A stretch of DNA of 54,125 nt. It comes from an uncultured Clostridium sp. GTDB lineage: Bacteria > Bacillota > Clostridia > TANB77 > CAG-508. Numbering within the stretch: the stretch's first letter is position 1; every line of letters starts with the position of its first letter. Position numbers and translations under genes: made by a program. The notes under the pieces are model-generated. The model saw only the letters and a list, made by a program, of their open reading frames with translations. It was not told where the DNA came from and made no database searches. The DNA lies in assembly GCA_948472955.1 (NCBI GenBank), contig CAOKVW010000003.1:1-54125 (forward strand). The letters run 5' to 3'. Shown piece after piece: positions 19,622 to 30,800 of the stretch.

Positions 19622-19789
19622 ATGGAAACAAATTATGAAGATATTTCTCTTACTTGCAGAGATTGTGGTTCAGAATTTACTTTTACAGCTGGAGAACAAC
19701 AATTTTATGCAGAAAAAGGTTTTGAAAATCAACCAGTAAGATGTGCAGATTGCAGAAGAGCTAGAAAACAACAAAGAAATAATTATTAA
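19622..19789 (+). CDS. Small zinc-ribbon domain protein (55 aa, absent from the ORF track)
   Basis: METNYEDISLTCRDCGSEFTFTAGEQQFYAEKGFENQPVRCADCRRARK; AAGGAGG RBS. Confidence 0.9.
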   Translation: METNYEDISLTCRDCGSEFTFTAGEQQFYAEKGFENQPVRCADCRRARKQQRNNY

Positions 19790-19791
19790 AC

Positions 19792-19832
19792 AAAAATATT
19801 CCTATTAGTTTACAGCTAATGGGAATATTTTT
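19792..19832 (+). terminator. Intrinsic terminator
   Basis: AAAAATATTCCTATTAG / CTAATGGGAATATTTTT. Confidence 0.75.
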
Positions 19833-19910
19833 ATTGAAAAAAAACAGTAATCTAAATAGATTACCGCTTTGTATATAGGCTTCCCGCCTCTTGCCCAAAA
19901 GGGCACTTTT

Positions 19911-20312
19911 TTATCTCTTTGAAAATTGTGGAGCTTTACGAGCTTTTTTAAGACCATATTTCTTTCTTTCTTTCATACGAGAATCTCTTGTTAAGAATCC
20001 ATTTGATTTTAAAGCTGGTCTATATTCTGAGTTAGCTTCATTTAAAGCTCTAGCTATACCATGACGAATCGCTCCTGCTTGACCTGTAAATCCGCCACCT
20101 TTAACAGTTGCAATCACATCATATTTTGCAGTTGTATTTGTAACAGTTAATGGTTGTCTAACGATAACTTTTAAAGTTTCTAATCCGAAAAATTCGTCAA
20201 TATCTTTTCCATTAATTGTTATCTTTCCAGTTCCTTCAACTAGCCTTACTCTAGCAATAGAACTTTTTCTTCTACCTGTACCATAGAAAACTATATTTTC
20301 TTTTTTAGCCAT
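19911..20312 (-). CDS. rpsI: 30S ribosomal protein S9
   Basis: [13 protein letters not shown]...[20 protein letters not shown]. Confidence 0.98.
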   Translation of the reverse strand: MAKKENIVFYGTGRRKSSIARVRLVEGTGKITINGKDIDEFFGLETLKVIVRQPLTVTNTTAKYDVIATVKGGGFTGQAGAIRHGIARALNEANSEYRPALKSNGFLTRDSRMKERKKYGLKKARKAPQFSKR

Positions 20313-20313
20313 T

Positions 20314-20751
20314 TTACTTTACCTCCCATATTTCTGGTTTTTGTGCTTGATTTTCATGTTCTGCTCCAGCATACACTCTCAATTTTTTAGCCTGTGCTCT
20401 TCCTAAAGAGTTATGAGGTAACATTCCTTTAACAGCTAAAGTCATTGCTTTTTCTGGATTTTTTTCAAGCATTACTTTGGCAGGAACCTCTTTCATTCCT
20501 CCAATATAACCTGAGTGATGTCTATAAATTTTTTGGTTTAATTTGTTTCCTGTTAAAATAACATCCTTACAATTTAATATAATAACATGGTCACCTGTAT
20601 CAATATTAGGTGTATATGTTGGTTTGTGTTTTCCTCTTAATAATTTTGCAGCTTCTGTTGCTACTCTACCAAGTGGTTTGTTGGCCGCATCTATAATATA
20701 CCACTTGCTCTCAACTTCGCCACGTTTTGCACTATATGTAGTATTATTCAT
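20314..20751 (-). CDS. rplM: 50S ribosomal protein L13
   Basis: WYIIDA...LGRVA...[11 protein letters not shown]...KGMLP. Confidence 0.98.
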   Translation of the reverse strand: MNNTTYSAKRGEVESKWYIIDAANKPLGRVATEAAKLLRGKHKPTYTPNIDTGDHVIILNCKDVILTGNKLNQKIYRHHSGYIGGMKEVPAKVMLEKNPEKAMTLAVKGMLPHNSLGRAQAKKLRVYAGAEHENQAQKPEIWEVK

Positions 20752-20791
20752 GGTAATAATTACCCTCCTATTTCTTTTTTGGTTTTCTTTT

Positions 20792-20840
20792 TATGAATTT
20801 TATTCTGAAACTACCGGGGAGAAGTTTCAAATTTATTCAT
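20792..20840 (-). promoter_or_regulatory. Probable L13 leader (autoregulatory 5' UTR hairpin)
   Basis: TGAAACT-TCTCCCCGGT-AGTTTCA hairpin with CCCCGG loop between promoter and rplM. Confidence 0.5.
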
Positions 20841-20850
20841 AAGCGAAAAT

Positions 20851-20879
20851 ATTATATTATAAAAAATCAGATTTGTCAA
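20851..20879 (-). promoter_or_regulatory. Consensus sigma-A promoter of rplM-rpsI
   Basis: TTGACA-17 nt-TATAAT. Confidence 0.8.
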
Positions 20880-20949
20880 CCGATTTGCGAAATTTAAGTT
20901 TCGTTTTTTTGAGGGAGGACCGAAACTCAACATTTGCAAAAATATTCTA

Positions 20950-20981
20950 GTAAAAACCTTCCATAAATGGAAGGCTTTTAC
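20950..20981 (-). terminator. Intrinsic terminator
   Basis: GTAAAAACCTTCCA / TGGAAGGCTTTTAC. Confidence 0.7.
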
Positions 20982-21003
20982 CTTAATTCTAAAATATTAT
21001 GTT

Positions 21004-24000
21004 TTAAAATTCTATATAATCTCTTGGATTTACATCATTTCCATATCCGCTCTTACTTCTCAATTCGAAATGTAAATGATGTCCTGTACTACTTCCTGGA
21101 TTAGGGTCTGTATTTGGGTCTCCACCTTCTAGTCCTATTACTTCCTCTTGTTTTATTTCTTGTCCTACTTTTACATCAATTCTTGATAAATGTGCATAGA
21201 AACTATATATGATTTCCCCATCTATTTCATGTTTTATTTCAATGCAATTACCAAATGCATTTTGTGCACCAGCAAACACTACCTCTCCATCTGCTACAGC
21301 ATAAATTTCTGTTCTATGTTCTCCTCCTAAATCAATTCCTGTATGTTTTTTAACTACTCCTGTTACAGGATGTGTCCTTGTTCCATAATCTGATGTTATT
21401 TGGTATTTACCTTTGATTGGTAAAATAAAGTTTTGTGGATTTTCTGGTAAAGTTTCAACTCTTCTTGTTCTCATTCTTCTGATTTTCTTTGGATCTTCCC
21501 ATTGTTCTAGTTTATTTTTCTTACCATAATTCTTCCTTAAAATTTCTCTGTCTAAATCATCCACTTTTCCATCTTCATTTAAATCATAAATTGCTTTTTG
21601 CTCTCGATTGGCATCTGTGATAACTACCCCAAAATTATCATTTAATGCTACTAAATCATCAATTTCAATTTGACCTGATTTTACGACATCTCCAGCCATT
21701 AATTTGTATTCAGTTAAGGTTGTCTTAGCTCCTTTTTCTACCTCTATTTCAGTAACTCGATAATCCAAATAACCTAGTTTTGTCACTAGTATATCATATG
21801 ATTCAATATCTTCCACTTGTATCGTAAAAGTTCCATCTTCTTCTGTCTCTTGACTCGCAATCACTTTTCTAATTTGGGTAATTTCATCATTTGTTTCTTT
21901 TGTTTCTGGTCTTTTATCACTTGTTTTATAAACAGTTACCAGTGATTTATGCTTTCCTTCTATATTTTCTGTTATAATTTTTCCTGCTATATTCGTTTGT
22001 TTTGTTATGATTAAAGTATATATTTTTACGGTTTCATCTTCTGCTGTCACAGTAATTATATAAGTCGTATTTGGTATTGTGTTGATTCCTACTATTGTAT
22101 CTAACCTTCCTTTATTAGTATTTGGATTTGCTATTCCACTGATTCCTATTGTTGCTACATTACTATTTGCTGTGATGATAACTTTTGCTCCTGTACTTCC
22201 TCCTTCTACACTGGCATGATAGATTCCTTGCTCATCAATGATAGCTTCTTTTCCCTCTACCACAATATTTCTTATATTTGCATCTGATGATTGTTTTACT
22301 ATTTTAATTGTTTTTTGTACTTTTGTTTTTCCATCTTCTGCTGTTACTTCATAATCTACATAGGTAATATCATTCTCAAGAGTTACATGTGTTATTAATT
22401 CCCCTTTTCCTAACTCTGTTCCTCTTGTTATTGTTGCATATTGACTTTCTGCTGTTATTTTTAACACTATTTCTTTTGTTGTTTGTTTTACCCCTATTAG
22501 ATATTTACCTTCTTCATCAATCGTTGCTTGTTTTGTCATTTCTTTTCCATCTGCTTCAAAAGTTGCCTCCACTTTTGCTGTATTCGTATTGGTTGCTATT
22601 ATAGTTATCATAATTGCACTTTCTTCTACTGTTCCATCTTCTGCCATAACAGTGATTGGTATTTCTATCGTTTTCTGGGTAACATTTGAGTTAATTGATA
22701 CTGTATATTCTTTTGCATTTTCTTCATATTGTGTTGTATTTCCGATGTCTACTTTTGCTTTTTCATGGCTTGTTACAACCTTGATTTTTCCTGAGGTTGC
22801 TGTATCTAATACACTTACTTTGTATTTTCCATCTTCTGCTTTTGTTAATTCTGTTCCATCATAACTTACTACTGCACTTGTGTCATTAGATTCTCTGGTT
22901 AATACTATTTTATAAATTGCTCTTGATACTCTTTCTCCATATTTTGATGTTACAATGACTGGTATTTGTATTACCTCTTCCTCTAAGTTCAAGTCTACCC
23001 ATTGTTCAGATTCTCCTTCTTGTGCTTCATAATTTCCAATTTTAATAGTTGCAGATGGACTTTCTGTAACTATTTTTACTTTTGCCTTTGTATCTGTTCT
23101 TTTAATTGTCATTTTATAGGTATATTTGTCAGTTTCTTCAGATTGTAATTCAATATCATTTACGATAACAGATTTTAGATTTACATCAAAAACCTCAATT
23201 TCAATATAAGTACTTGCTTTTGTATTACTATCTGTTACTTTAACTCTAGTAATTCCTTGCTTCTTTCCTTCTATCATACCTAAACTTGTTACACTTGCTA
23301 TTTCTTCCTCTTCTATTTCATAAATTAACTCTCCTACTACAGTTGATTTGTTCATAAACACATTTATAATATTTTGTCTCTCAAATAATAACTTTTCTAT
23401 TTTCTTATGTTCGCCAATACTTACTTTAATGGTTTGTTCTGAATATTTTAGAGAGGCTCCGACTCCTATCAAATAACTAGAGCTATTATTAGTACCATTA
23501 CCCATTTGACCATAAGTATTATCCCCAGCTAACCACACTGTTCCATCTTTTCTTATTATTCCTATGTTTCTAGTTCTTCCCTTACTAGCATCCCACGCAC
23601 ATGTTCCTACTGTCAATGATATGGCATCATCTACTTCTGTATTATCTTTGTTTAACATAGCTATTGGATAGCTTGTATTTGTACTTGTACCATTACTTAA
23701 TTGTCCATATCCATTAAATCCTGTTACATATACTTTTCCATCTTCTCCTATAAACTGAAAGCTCTGTGAACCTATTTTTGATTTGATTGTTCTTGCTTTT
23801 ACTGGCTCTTTATTTTCAAAGATGACTTGTGTATAAGTTCTTCTATCACTTGTATCTCCTAATCCTAATTGTCCAAAATTATTATATCCAGTTGACCATA
23901 CCGTTCCATTTTCTTTTAAAACATAACCACTTACAGATAATTGAATTTCATTGATGTCTGTTCCGACTAAATAGGTACCTCCTGGAAGTCCTGGTGTTGC

Positions 24001-26508
24001 CATACCATTACCAAAACCTCCTATATCATTGTCACCTTTTATCCACGTTTCCCCATTAGATTTGATTACTGCTATATTACTATTCCCGGTTTCAATTTTA
24101 ATAGCCTTATCCATATTGGTCACTTTTGTTGGATATAATTTATTACTTTTATCTTTTTCGTCTATTTGATGATATGCATTATTTCCTATTCCTAATGTAT
24201 TACCATCTTCCTGTAATAAATAAATCATTAAATCTCCTGCCACTATATCAATAATATTTCCTATTTCTTCACTGCCATTCTCTCCTTTTATTCTTGTAGC
24301 ATAAGATTGGTTTGTTTGATTTCCTTGTCCTAACTGACCATTATCATTTAATCCCCATGCATATGCTTCTCCATCCACTGTCATGGCTGCAACATGTCCA
24401 TATCCTGTAGATATTTTTCTTACATTTGTTAAACAGGTATTTTCATCTATTTTAACTTGCACTGGTTTATTTCTGTCTATGTTATCTCCTACTCCTAATT
24501 GTCCTACATTATTTCTTCCTGTTGCCCATACCGTTCCATCTTCCTTTAATATAATTGTATACCCTTCTCCTATTTCAACTTGTGGTACCGTTATGGCTCC
24601 TTCTTGATTTCGATAGACATTAATAATTGCTTTTGCTTTTAATGCTGTTGTACTGTTATAGGCTGTTATTGTTGTACGTCCGATTCCTTTTCCAATTACT
24701 ACTCCATTACTATCAACAGTTGCTACCTCTTCATTCGATGATGACCATGTCCAATTTCCTTGATTGATAGCTTCTTTTTCTTGAATGAATACATTAAATT
24801 CCAATTCTTCCATTTTTAGTATTTCTATGTCCATATCTGTACTTTCATTAATCTTTATATATTCATTTCTCTTATTTAATAAAATCTCTGCATCTGTCTT
24901 TATTCCTAATTTTGCTAAAAAAACTGAGCTTGTATTGGTTCCATTTCCTATTTGACCATAAGTATTGTCTCCAGAAATCCATACGGTTCCATCTTTTCTA
25001 ATGATGCCCATATTTCTAGGTTTACTATCCCATGCACATATTCCAGATATTAATAATACGGCATCTGTTACTTCTGTTCCATCTGCATTTTTCATAGGTG
25101 TTGGATAACTTGCATTTGTATTTGTTCCATTACTTACTTGTCCAAATTCATTATGACCAGTAACATATACCTTTCCATCTTCTCCTATGAATTGTAAATT
25201 TCTTCCTTGTCCTGCTATTAATTTTGCTTTTACTGGTTCTTTATTTTCAAAGACAACTTGGGTATAAGTTGTTCTATCGGTTGTATCTCCTACTCCTAAT
25301 TGTCCATAATTATTCAATCCTGATGACCATAATGTTCCATCTTCTTTTAGAATATATCCACAATATGCTAATAGTTTGAATTCATTAATATCTGTTCCAA
25401 TGCGATATAATCCACCTGGAGTTGGCCAATTTGCTATTGTACCATTACCAAAACTCCCATAGTTATTCTGTCCTTTTATCCATGCTTCACCACTTTGTTT
25501 AAGTACTCCTATTGCATTATATGATGATGTAACTTGAATCACATTATCCATATTCGTTACTTTTGTTGGATATGTTTTATTACCTGTACCAATTTCATTA
25601 ATCGATTGATAGAAATTGCTTCCTATTCCATATGTACTGCCAGTTTTATCTAATAAAGCTACTACATCTCCTCCACATGCAATGTCAATTATGTTTTCTA
25701 TATATTCATTTTCATCTATTCCTTTTACTTTTGTCGCATATAATCTATTATTTACATCTCCTTGTCCTAATTGTCCAGCATCATTGATTCCCCATGCATA
25801 TACTTCTCCTTCCACTGTCATAGCTACTACATTGTGTGCTCCAGCAGATATTTTTCTTACATTTGTTAAATAGGTATTTTCGTGTATTTTTACTTGCACT
25901 GGCATGTTTTGATTAGTCGTATCTCCTACTCCTAATTGTCCATAATTATTCAATCCTGATGTCCATACTGTTCCATCCTCTTTTAAGACTACTGTAAAGC
26001 CTTCTCCTGCTTCTACTTGTGGTACTGTTATAGCTCCCTCTTGATTTCGGTATACATTAATAATGGTTTTTCCTTTTAATCCTGTTGAACTGTTATAGGC
26101 TGTTATCGTTGTGTGTCCGATTCCTTTTCCAGTTACTACTCCATTACTATCAACAGTTGCTACCTCTTCATTGGATGAACTCCAAGCAAAATCAGCTTGG
26201 TCACCAAGCACCGTATTGGTATCTGCATCTAATACATTAATATCTATATTTTCTGTTGTTTTTATATAGGTATTTTTTTCAGATAAACAAGGTGTTGTAA
26301 TATCTTTAGAAGTTAAAGAAGAACTAGAAACAGAAGCTATCTCAATAGCTTCTTCACCATTCATATAAGATTCTATCTGTCCTATCATACTTTCCTGCTC
26401 ATTTGTTAGTTTATCTACTGCTAAGGTTAAAGATAAAGCAGTAAATATAGATAGTATCATTAATATTCTAGCTTTTATTTTAACTTTAAATTTTTTGCTG
26501 AGTTTCAT
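21004..26508 (-). CDS. Large secreted protein: 2x(Ig-like Big_2 + RCC1 repeats), cadherin-like domains, dockerin-like EF-hand pair, C-terminal M23 peptidase
   Basis: Signal/TM; WSSSNEEVATVDSNG; G.N.YGQLG repeats; VTAEDG repeats; AGDVVKSGQIEIDD / YDLNEDGKVDDLD; HTGIDL...YAHL...STGHHLHFE. Confidence 0.85.
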   Translation of the reverse strand: MKLSKKFKVKIKARILMILSIFTALSLTLAVDKLTNEQESMIGQIESYMNGEEAIEIASVSSSSLTSKDITTPCLSEKNTYIKTTENIDINVLDADTNTVLGDQADFAWSSSNEEVATVDSNGVVTGKGIGHTTITAYNSSTGLKGKTIINVYRNQEGAITVPQVEAGEGFTVVLKEDGTVWTSGLNNYGQLGVGDTTNQNMPVQVKIHENTYLTNVRKISAGAHNVVAMTVEGEVYAWGINDAGQLGQGDVNNRLYATKVKGIDENEYIENIIDIACGGDVVALLDKTGSTYGIGSNFYQSINEIGTGNKTYPTKVTNMDNVIQVTSSYNAIGVLKQSGEAWIKGQNNYGSFGNGTIANWPTPGGLYRIGTDINEFKLLAYCGYILKEDGTLWSSGLNNYGQLGVGDTTDRTTYTQVVFENKEPVKAKLIAGQGRNLQFIGEDGKVYVTGHNEFGQVSNGTNTNASYPTPMKNADGTEVTDAVLLISGICAWDSKPRNMGIIRKDGTVWISGDNTYGQIGNGTNTSSVFLAKLGIKTDAEILLNKRNEYIKINESTDMDIEILKMEELEFNVFIQEKEAINQGNWTWSSSNEEVATVDSNGVVIGKGIGRTTITAYNSTTALKAKAIINVYRNQEGAITVPQVEIGEGYTIILKEDGTVWATGRNNVGQLGVGDNIDRNKPVQVKIDENTCLTNVRKISTGYGHVAAMTVDGEAYAWGLNDNGQLGQGNQTNQSYATRIKGENGSEEIGNIIDIVAGDLMIYLLQEDGNTLGIGNNAYHQIDEKDKSNKLYPTKVTNMDKAIKIETGNSNIAVIKSNGETWIKGDNDIGGFGNGMATPGLPGGTYLVGTDINEIQLSVSGYVLKENGTVWSTGYNNFGQLGLGDTSDRRTYTQVIFENKEPVKARTIKSKIGSQSFQFIGEDGKVYVTGFNGYGQLSNGTSTNTSYPIAMLNKDNTEVDDAISLTVGTCAWDASKGRTRNIGIIRKDGTVWLAGDNTYGQMGNGTNNSSSYLIGVGASLKYSEQTIKVSIGEHKKIEKLLFERQNIINVFMNKSTVVGELIYEIEEEEIASVTSLGMIEGKKQGITRVKVTDSNTKASTYIEIEVFDVNLKSVIVNDIELQSEETDKYTYKMTIKRTDTKAKVKIVTESPSATIKIGNYEAQEGESEQWVDLNLEEEVIQIPVIVTSKYGERVSRAIYKIVLTRESNDTSAVVSYDGTELTKAEDGKYKVSVLDTATSGKIKVVTSHEKAKVDIGNTTQYEENAKEYTVSINSNVTQKTIEIPITVMAEDGTVEESAIMITIIATNTNTAKVEATFEADGKEMTKQATIDEEGKYLIGVKQTTKEIVLKITAESQYATITRGTELGKGELITHVTLENDITYVDYEVTAEDGKTKVQKTIKIVKQSSDANIRNIVVEGKEAIIDEQGIYHASVEGGSTGAKVIITANSNVATIGISGIANPNTNKGRLDTIVGINTIPNTTYIITVTAEDETVKIYTLIITKQTNIAGKIITENIEGKHKSLVTVYKTSDKRPETKETNDEITQIRKVIASQETEEDGTFTIQVEDIESYDILVTKLGYLDYRVTEIEVEKGAKTTLTEYKLMAGDVVKSGQIEIDDLVALNDNFGVVITDANREQKAIYDLNEDGKVDDLDREILRKNYGKKNKLEQWEDPKKIRRMRTRRVETLPENPQNFILPIKGKYQITSDYGTRTHPVTGVVKKHTGIDLGGEHRTEIYAVADGEVVFAGAQNAFGNCIEIKHEIDGEIIYSFYAHLSRIDVKVGQEIKQEEVIGLEGGDPNTDPNPGSSTGHHLHFELRSKSGYGNDVNPRDYIEF

Positions 26509-26840
26509 GGCTTTTCGTTCTCCTTTTTGTCTCTATATTATTAAATTCTTTTATTTCTAATAATTCCTTTCTATTTCATTTTATCGACTATTTCTCCTTC
26601 TTTCAATCCATCTATTTTCATTATTACAAGATTAAAAATCCATACATTGTACGGATATAAAACTTTTCATTTACAGATGTCGGTTTTTGTCATTTCGTTT
26701 ACTTTTGTATTACATTACTGCTTTAATTTTTTATATTTTCATAGGGATTTAGCTGTTTGAAGCATAATAGTTTTGGGTAAAATAAAAAAACAACTCAAGC
26801 TTTTAACTTGAATTATTTTTCTATGATAGAATTTATACCA

Positions 26841-27230
26841 TTATTCTTCTACTGGTGCAGCATTAATTCTACTTATTTTTCCACCTTTTATTTTAATTTC
26901 TAATGAATTTTCAACAGATGTAATATAATAATATTCTTCTCCTTCTCTTTGAATCTTTATTACCTTTAAATCTTCTTTTTTTGTCTCTTCCCTAAGTCTT
27001 TTAAATTGTTTAACTGCTGCTTTTCTTGCTGTTTCTTCTGCTATTTCTTCCGTTTCCTTTGTATTTGTATCTACTACTGCAATTCCACTTGGTGTTACTA
27101 TTTCATCAGGCTTAAAAATAATATAGATAGATACTAAAAGTAAAATTGCACAAATGAAAATTCCTAAATTGTAAATATTTAAAATATCTCTCCATTTTTC
27201 TAATATATCTTTGTTTATGCTTATTTTCAC
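26841..27230 (-). CDS. Hypothetical membrane-anchored protein
   Basis: GGAGG RBS, GTG start, one TM segment. Confidence 0.75.
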   Translation of the reverse strand: MKISINKDILEKWRDILNIYNLGIFICAILLLVSIYIIFKPDEIVTPSGIAVVDTNTKETEEIAEETARKAAVKQFKRLREETKKEDLKVIKIQREGEEYYYITSVENSLEIKIKGGKISRINAAPVEE

Positions 27231-27313
27231 TTAATTTCCTCCTCTTTTGTTACTTCTATTTCATTTTAACATTTATAAAAAGGAATGTAAATACCTTTTC
27301 AACTTTAAGTTGG

Positions 27314-27726
27314 CTTTCCTAGCAAGTGACTCTTAAATGGTATTATGATAAAAAAAGCCATTACAGATTTTGGATAAGCTAAGCTTTTGTAGAAACTCTA
27401 TTTGTCTAAAATGAGCCTCTCTCACGTTCAAATGTTACTTCCTATATTTTGAATGAATCATGAATGTGACTAGAATAAAATTAGAAATTCTTTGATTATT
27501 TTTTGGAAAGAGTTCATCTATTGATGGAAGGGTGCCAAAAAATAATCTTAGAATTTCTTGTTTTATGTAGGAAGCCGAATGATTTATGAGAAATATAGGA
27601 AGTAACATTTGCCTTGAGCATTCCTCATTTTACCCAATAAGACTTTCTAATGGCAAGCTTAGATATACAAAATCTTTCATTTATTTTTCTATCATGATAC
27701 CATTTAAGAGTCACTTGCTAGAAAAG
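27314..27726. repeat. Imperfect palindrome of about 410 bp (rod-like hairpin, MITE-like)
   Basis: Nested arms CTAGCAAGTGACTCTTAAATGGTAT, CAAATGTTACTTCCTATATTT and GATTATTTTTTGG each pair with a reverse complement. Confidence 0.88.
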
Positions 27727-27894
27727 TAAAATAAAATCTAATTTTCAGCACGACTAATAAGCCCTAATGCAGAGCTTATTTTTTCCATATTGCTTAAGAC
27801 TACTCTACAAAATTCCCTTTTCCTTATTCTGTGTGCCTAGAACAAGGAATTAGGAAATTTTGTATGCACACTGGTAATCTTTATGATTTTTATT

Positions 27895-30800
27895 TTATTT
27901 TAATATAATTTCAAATGGTTGTTTCTTATATTTAATCTTTCGTGTAATTACTTTTCCCCTATGTTTAATCTGAATAGTTTTTCCATCTAATCTTCTACTA
28001 ATAAAATCACTTAGACGTATTTTCACTTTATTTTCATAGGTCTCTCCATCTAAATATGAATCAATATTTAATTTTAGATGTCTTGGTGTAAGTTTATCTA
28101 ATCCACCTAATACTAATTCTCCATTTTCTTCTACATAAATCTTAACATTACGTCTAAAGAATATTAGTATCAATAGCATTAATAATTCGATTCCACCGAT
28201 AATAGCTTGTATTACCTTTTTTCTTCTTGAATCTTTTATCTTTTTATCTTTTACACCAAGTGTTTCTGTTGGTTTTTCATTTGATTTTTCTTGTGTCGAT
28301 TTCTCTGTTGACTTCTCCTCTGTTGCCCTTTCTCTTGCTTTCTCTTGAGATTCTTCTTTTGTTTCTTGTATAAATGATGTTTCTGTTATTGTATTATCTT
28401 GTTTTTCTTGTGCTATTTGTTCTGTGGTCATTGATTCTTTTCTTGTCTTTTGTGTTGATAGGTTTACTTTTCTATTTGGTACTACCTTTTCTGGTTTCTC
28501 TGAGGTATTATTATCTGATTTCTCTGGTTGTTTTGCTGGTATTTCTGGTTTTTCTGTCACTTCTGGTTCATTTACTTTTACAATGAATTTTGTTGTAAAT
28601 CCACCATATGTAATTGTAATGATTTGAGTTCCTGGTGTATTGGCATCATAACCTGAAATCATATTTTGAGTTACCGGAATGGTATAAATACCACTTGATT
28701 TAACTACATGAATGGTTGCTCCTGTTACATCTAACTTTTCGCTATAATGATAGATTACTTTATTAGGTTTTGTATTAACTGAAATACCTTTTACTCTGTC
28801 AACTACATTTACTTGGAAACTTCCTTGTAATCCCTTATAGTCTACTTTAATCGTTTGCTTTCCTTCTTGTTTTGCATTAAATCCTGATACCATAGATGCT
28901 GTCATTTCAACTGTTTCCTCTATTTTACCACTTGCCATAATAATGGATACTTTTCCTTCTGTTAAGTCTAAATATTCTCCATATTCGTATTCTATTTTTG
29001 ATGGCACTTGTACTTTTAATTTACTTACATAATCTTCTACATTTACGATAAATTGTTGTTTCAATCCTTGATAGCTTACTATTAATGTTTGAGCTCCTAT
29101 TTTTTTAGAATTGTATCCTAATACCATATCTTTTGTCATTTTGATGATTTCTTTTGCTCCACTTTCTTTTTCAATCTCTATGGTACCACCTGTTACATCT
29201 AGACTTTCTCCATAACGATAATCTAGCTTGTTTGGTAAAGTCTTTAGCCTCATATCACTTAGTTTATCTATTACTGTAATACCAAATGTCTTAGTAATTC
29301 CTTGATAAGTCACTTTAATTAGTTTAGCACCTTCCGAATTGCTATCAAATCCTACTATTTTCACATTCGCATTTGTCATAGCTACTGGAGATGTAGCTAC
29401 TCCACTTGCCATAATAGTTTTTACTTGTCCACCTGTTAAATCAATGCTTTCTCCTATTTTATAGATTAATTTATTTGGTTTTACAACTTCCATGTCTTTC
29501 ACATAATCTTCTACATGGATAGAATACGTTGCTGTTTTTCCTTTGTAGGTTACAGTTAGTGTTTGATTTCCTAATTGGTTTGGTTTATATCCTGTTACCA
29601 TACTTGTTGTTATATTTATGGTTTCTGTTTTTCCACTGGTTCTTGTTGCTGTTATTTTTCCACCTACTACATTTAAACTTTCACCATATCGATATTGTTT
29701 TTTGGTTGGTTCTTGTAGTGTAATGGATTGTATATTATCTTCTACGATTACACCAAATTTTTCTGTAAATCCTTCATACGTGACTGTTATGGTTTGTGCT
29801 CCTTCTTTGTTAGGATAAAATGTACTTAACGTTACGCTACTATTTGAAAGGCTTACTGGAGTTGTAGCCGTTTCACTTGCCATTACTTTTTGTATTCTTC
29901 CTCCTTCTAAGTTCAAGCTCTCACCATATTCGTATTTTACTTTTGTAGGTGGTGTTAAGATAACTCCTTTTACGTAATCTGATACTGTTATTTCATATGT
30001 CTTTGTTATACCACAATAGGTAACATTCAGATTTCTAGTTCCTAATCTTTTTCCATTAAATGGTTTTCCATCTATTTCTGTTACCATGTCTGGCTTAATT
30101 GGTATACTTGCCTCTCCACTCGTTCTTATTACTTTCAATGTACCATTACTTACATCTAAACTTTCTCCATATTTATAATTTGTTTTAGGTGTGTTTTCTA
30201 TTTCTAAACTGGATACTTCATCTATTAATGTTACATTTAAGGTCTCTGTTTTATCTTCTCCTTTTGTATAACTATTTTCATCATTATCTACATAGGTTAC
30301 TGTTAAGTTTTGTTCCTCTGTTACTTGTTTATCATATCCTTCTACCATATTTTCTGTTACATCTACTGCTGTTTTTGCTCCTTCTTTTGCATAGGTTACG
30401 GTATATTTTACATGATTATCTGTTAATAATTTTGATAACTCATCATTATATTTTCCTATTATACTGTTTGGATGAATGCTGATTCCTGTTACATAATCTT
30501 TCACTACTATTTTAAATGTTGTCGTTACTGGATTTCCTTCTGCATCGGTTCCATATTCTACTGTTACTGTTTGCTCTCCTAGTTTTTCTTTGTCATAGGT
30601 TCCTGCTTTTATCATCGTACTTTCTAGTGGTATGGTTTCTGTTTTGCTTCCTTTTACTACTTGTATCGTTGCTCCCTCTAAGTTTAGCTCTTCTCCGTAT
30701 TTTTGTGCTTCTTTTGGAGGTGTTCCCATACTGATTGATTTTACGGTATCTGTTACTGTGTAGGTATAATCTGCTGTCTTTGTTACTCCATTTTCTGTGT

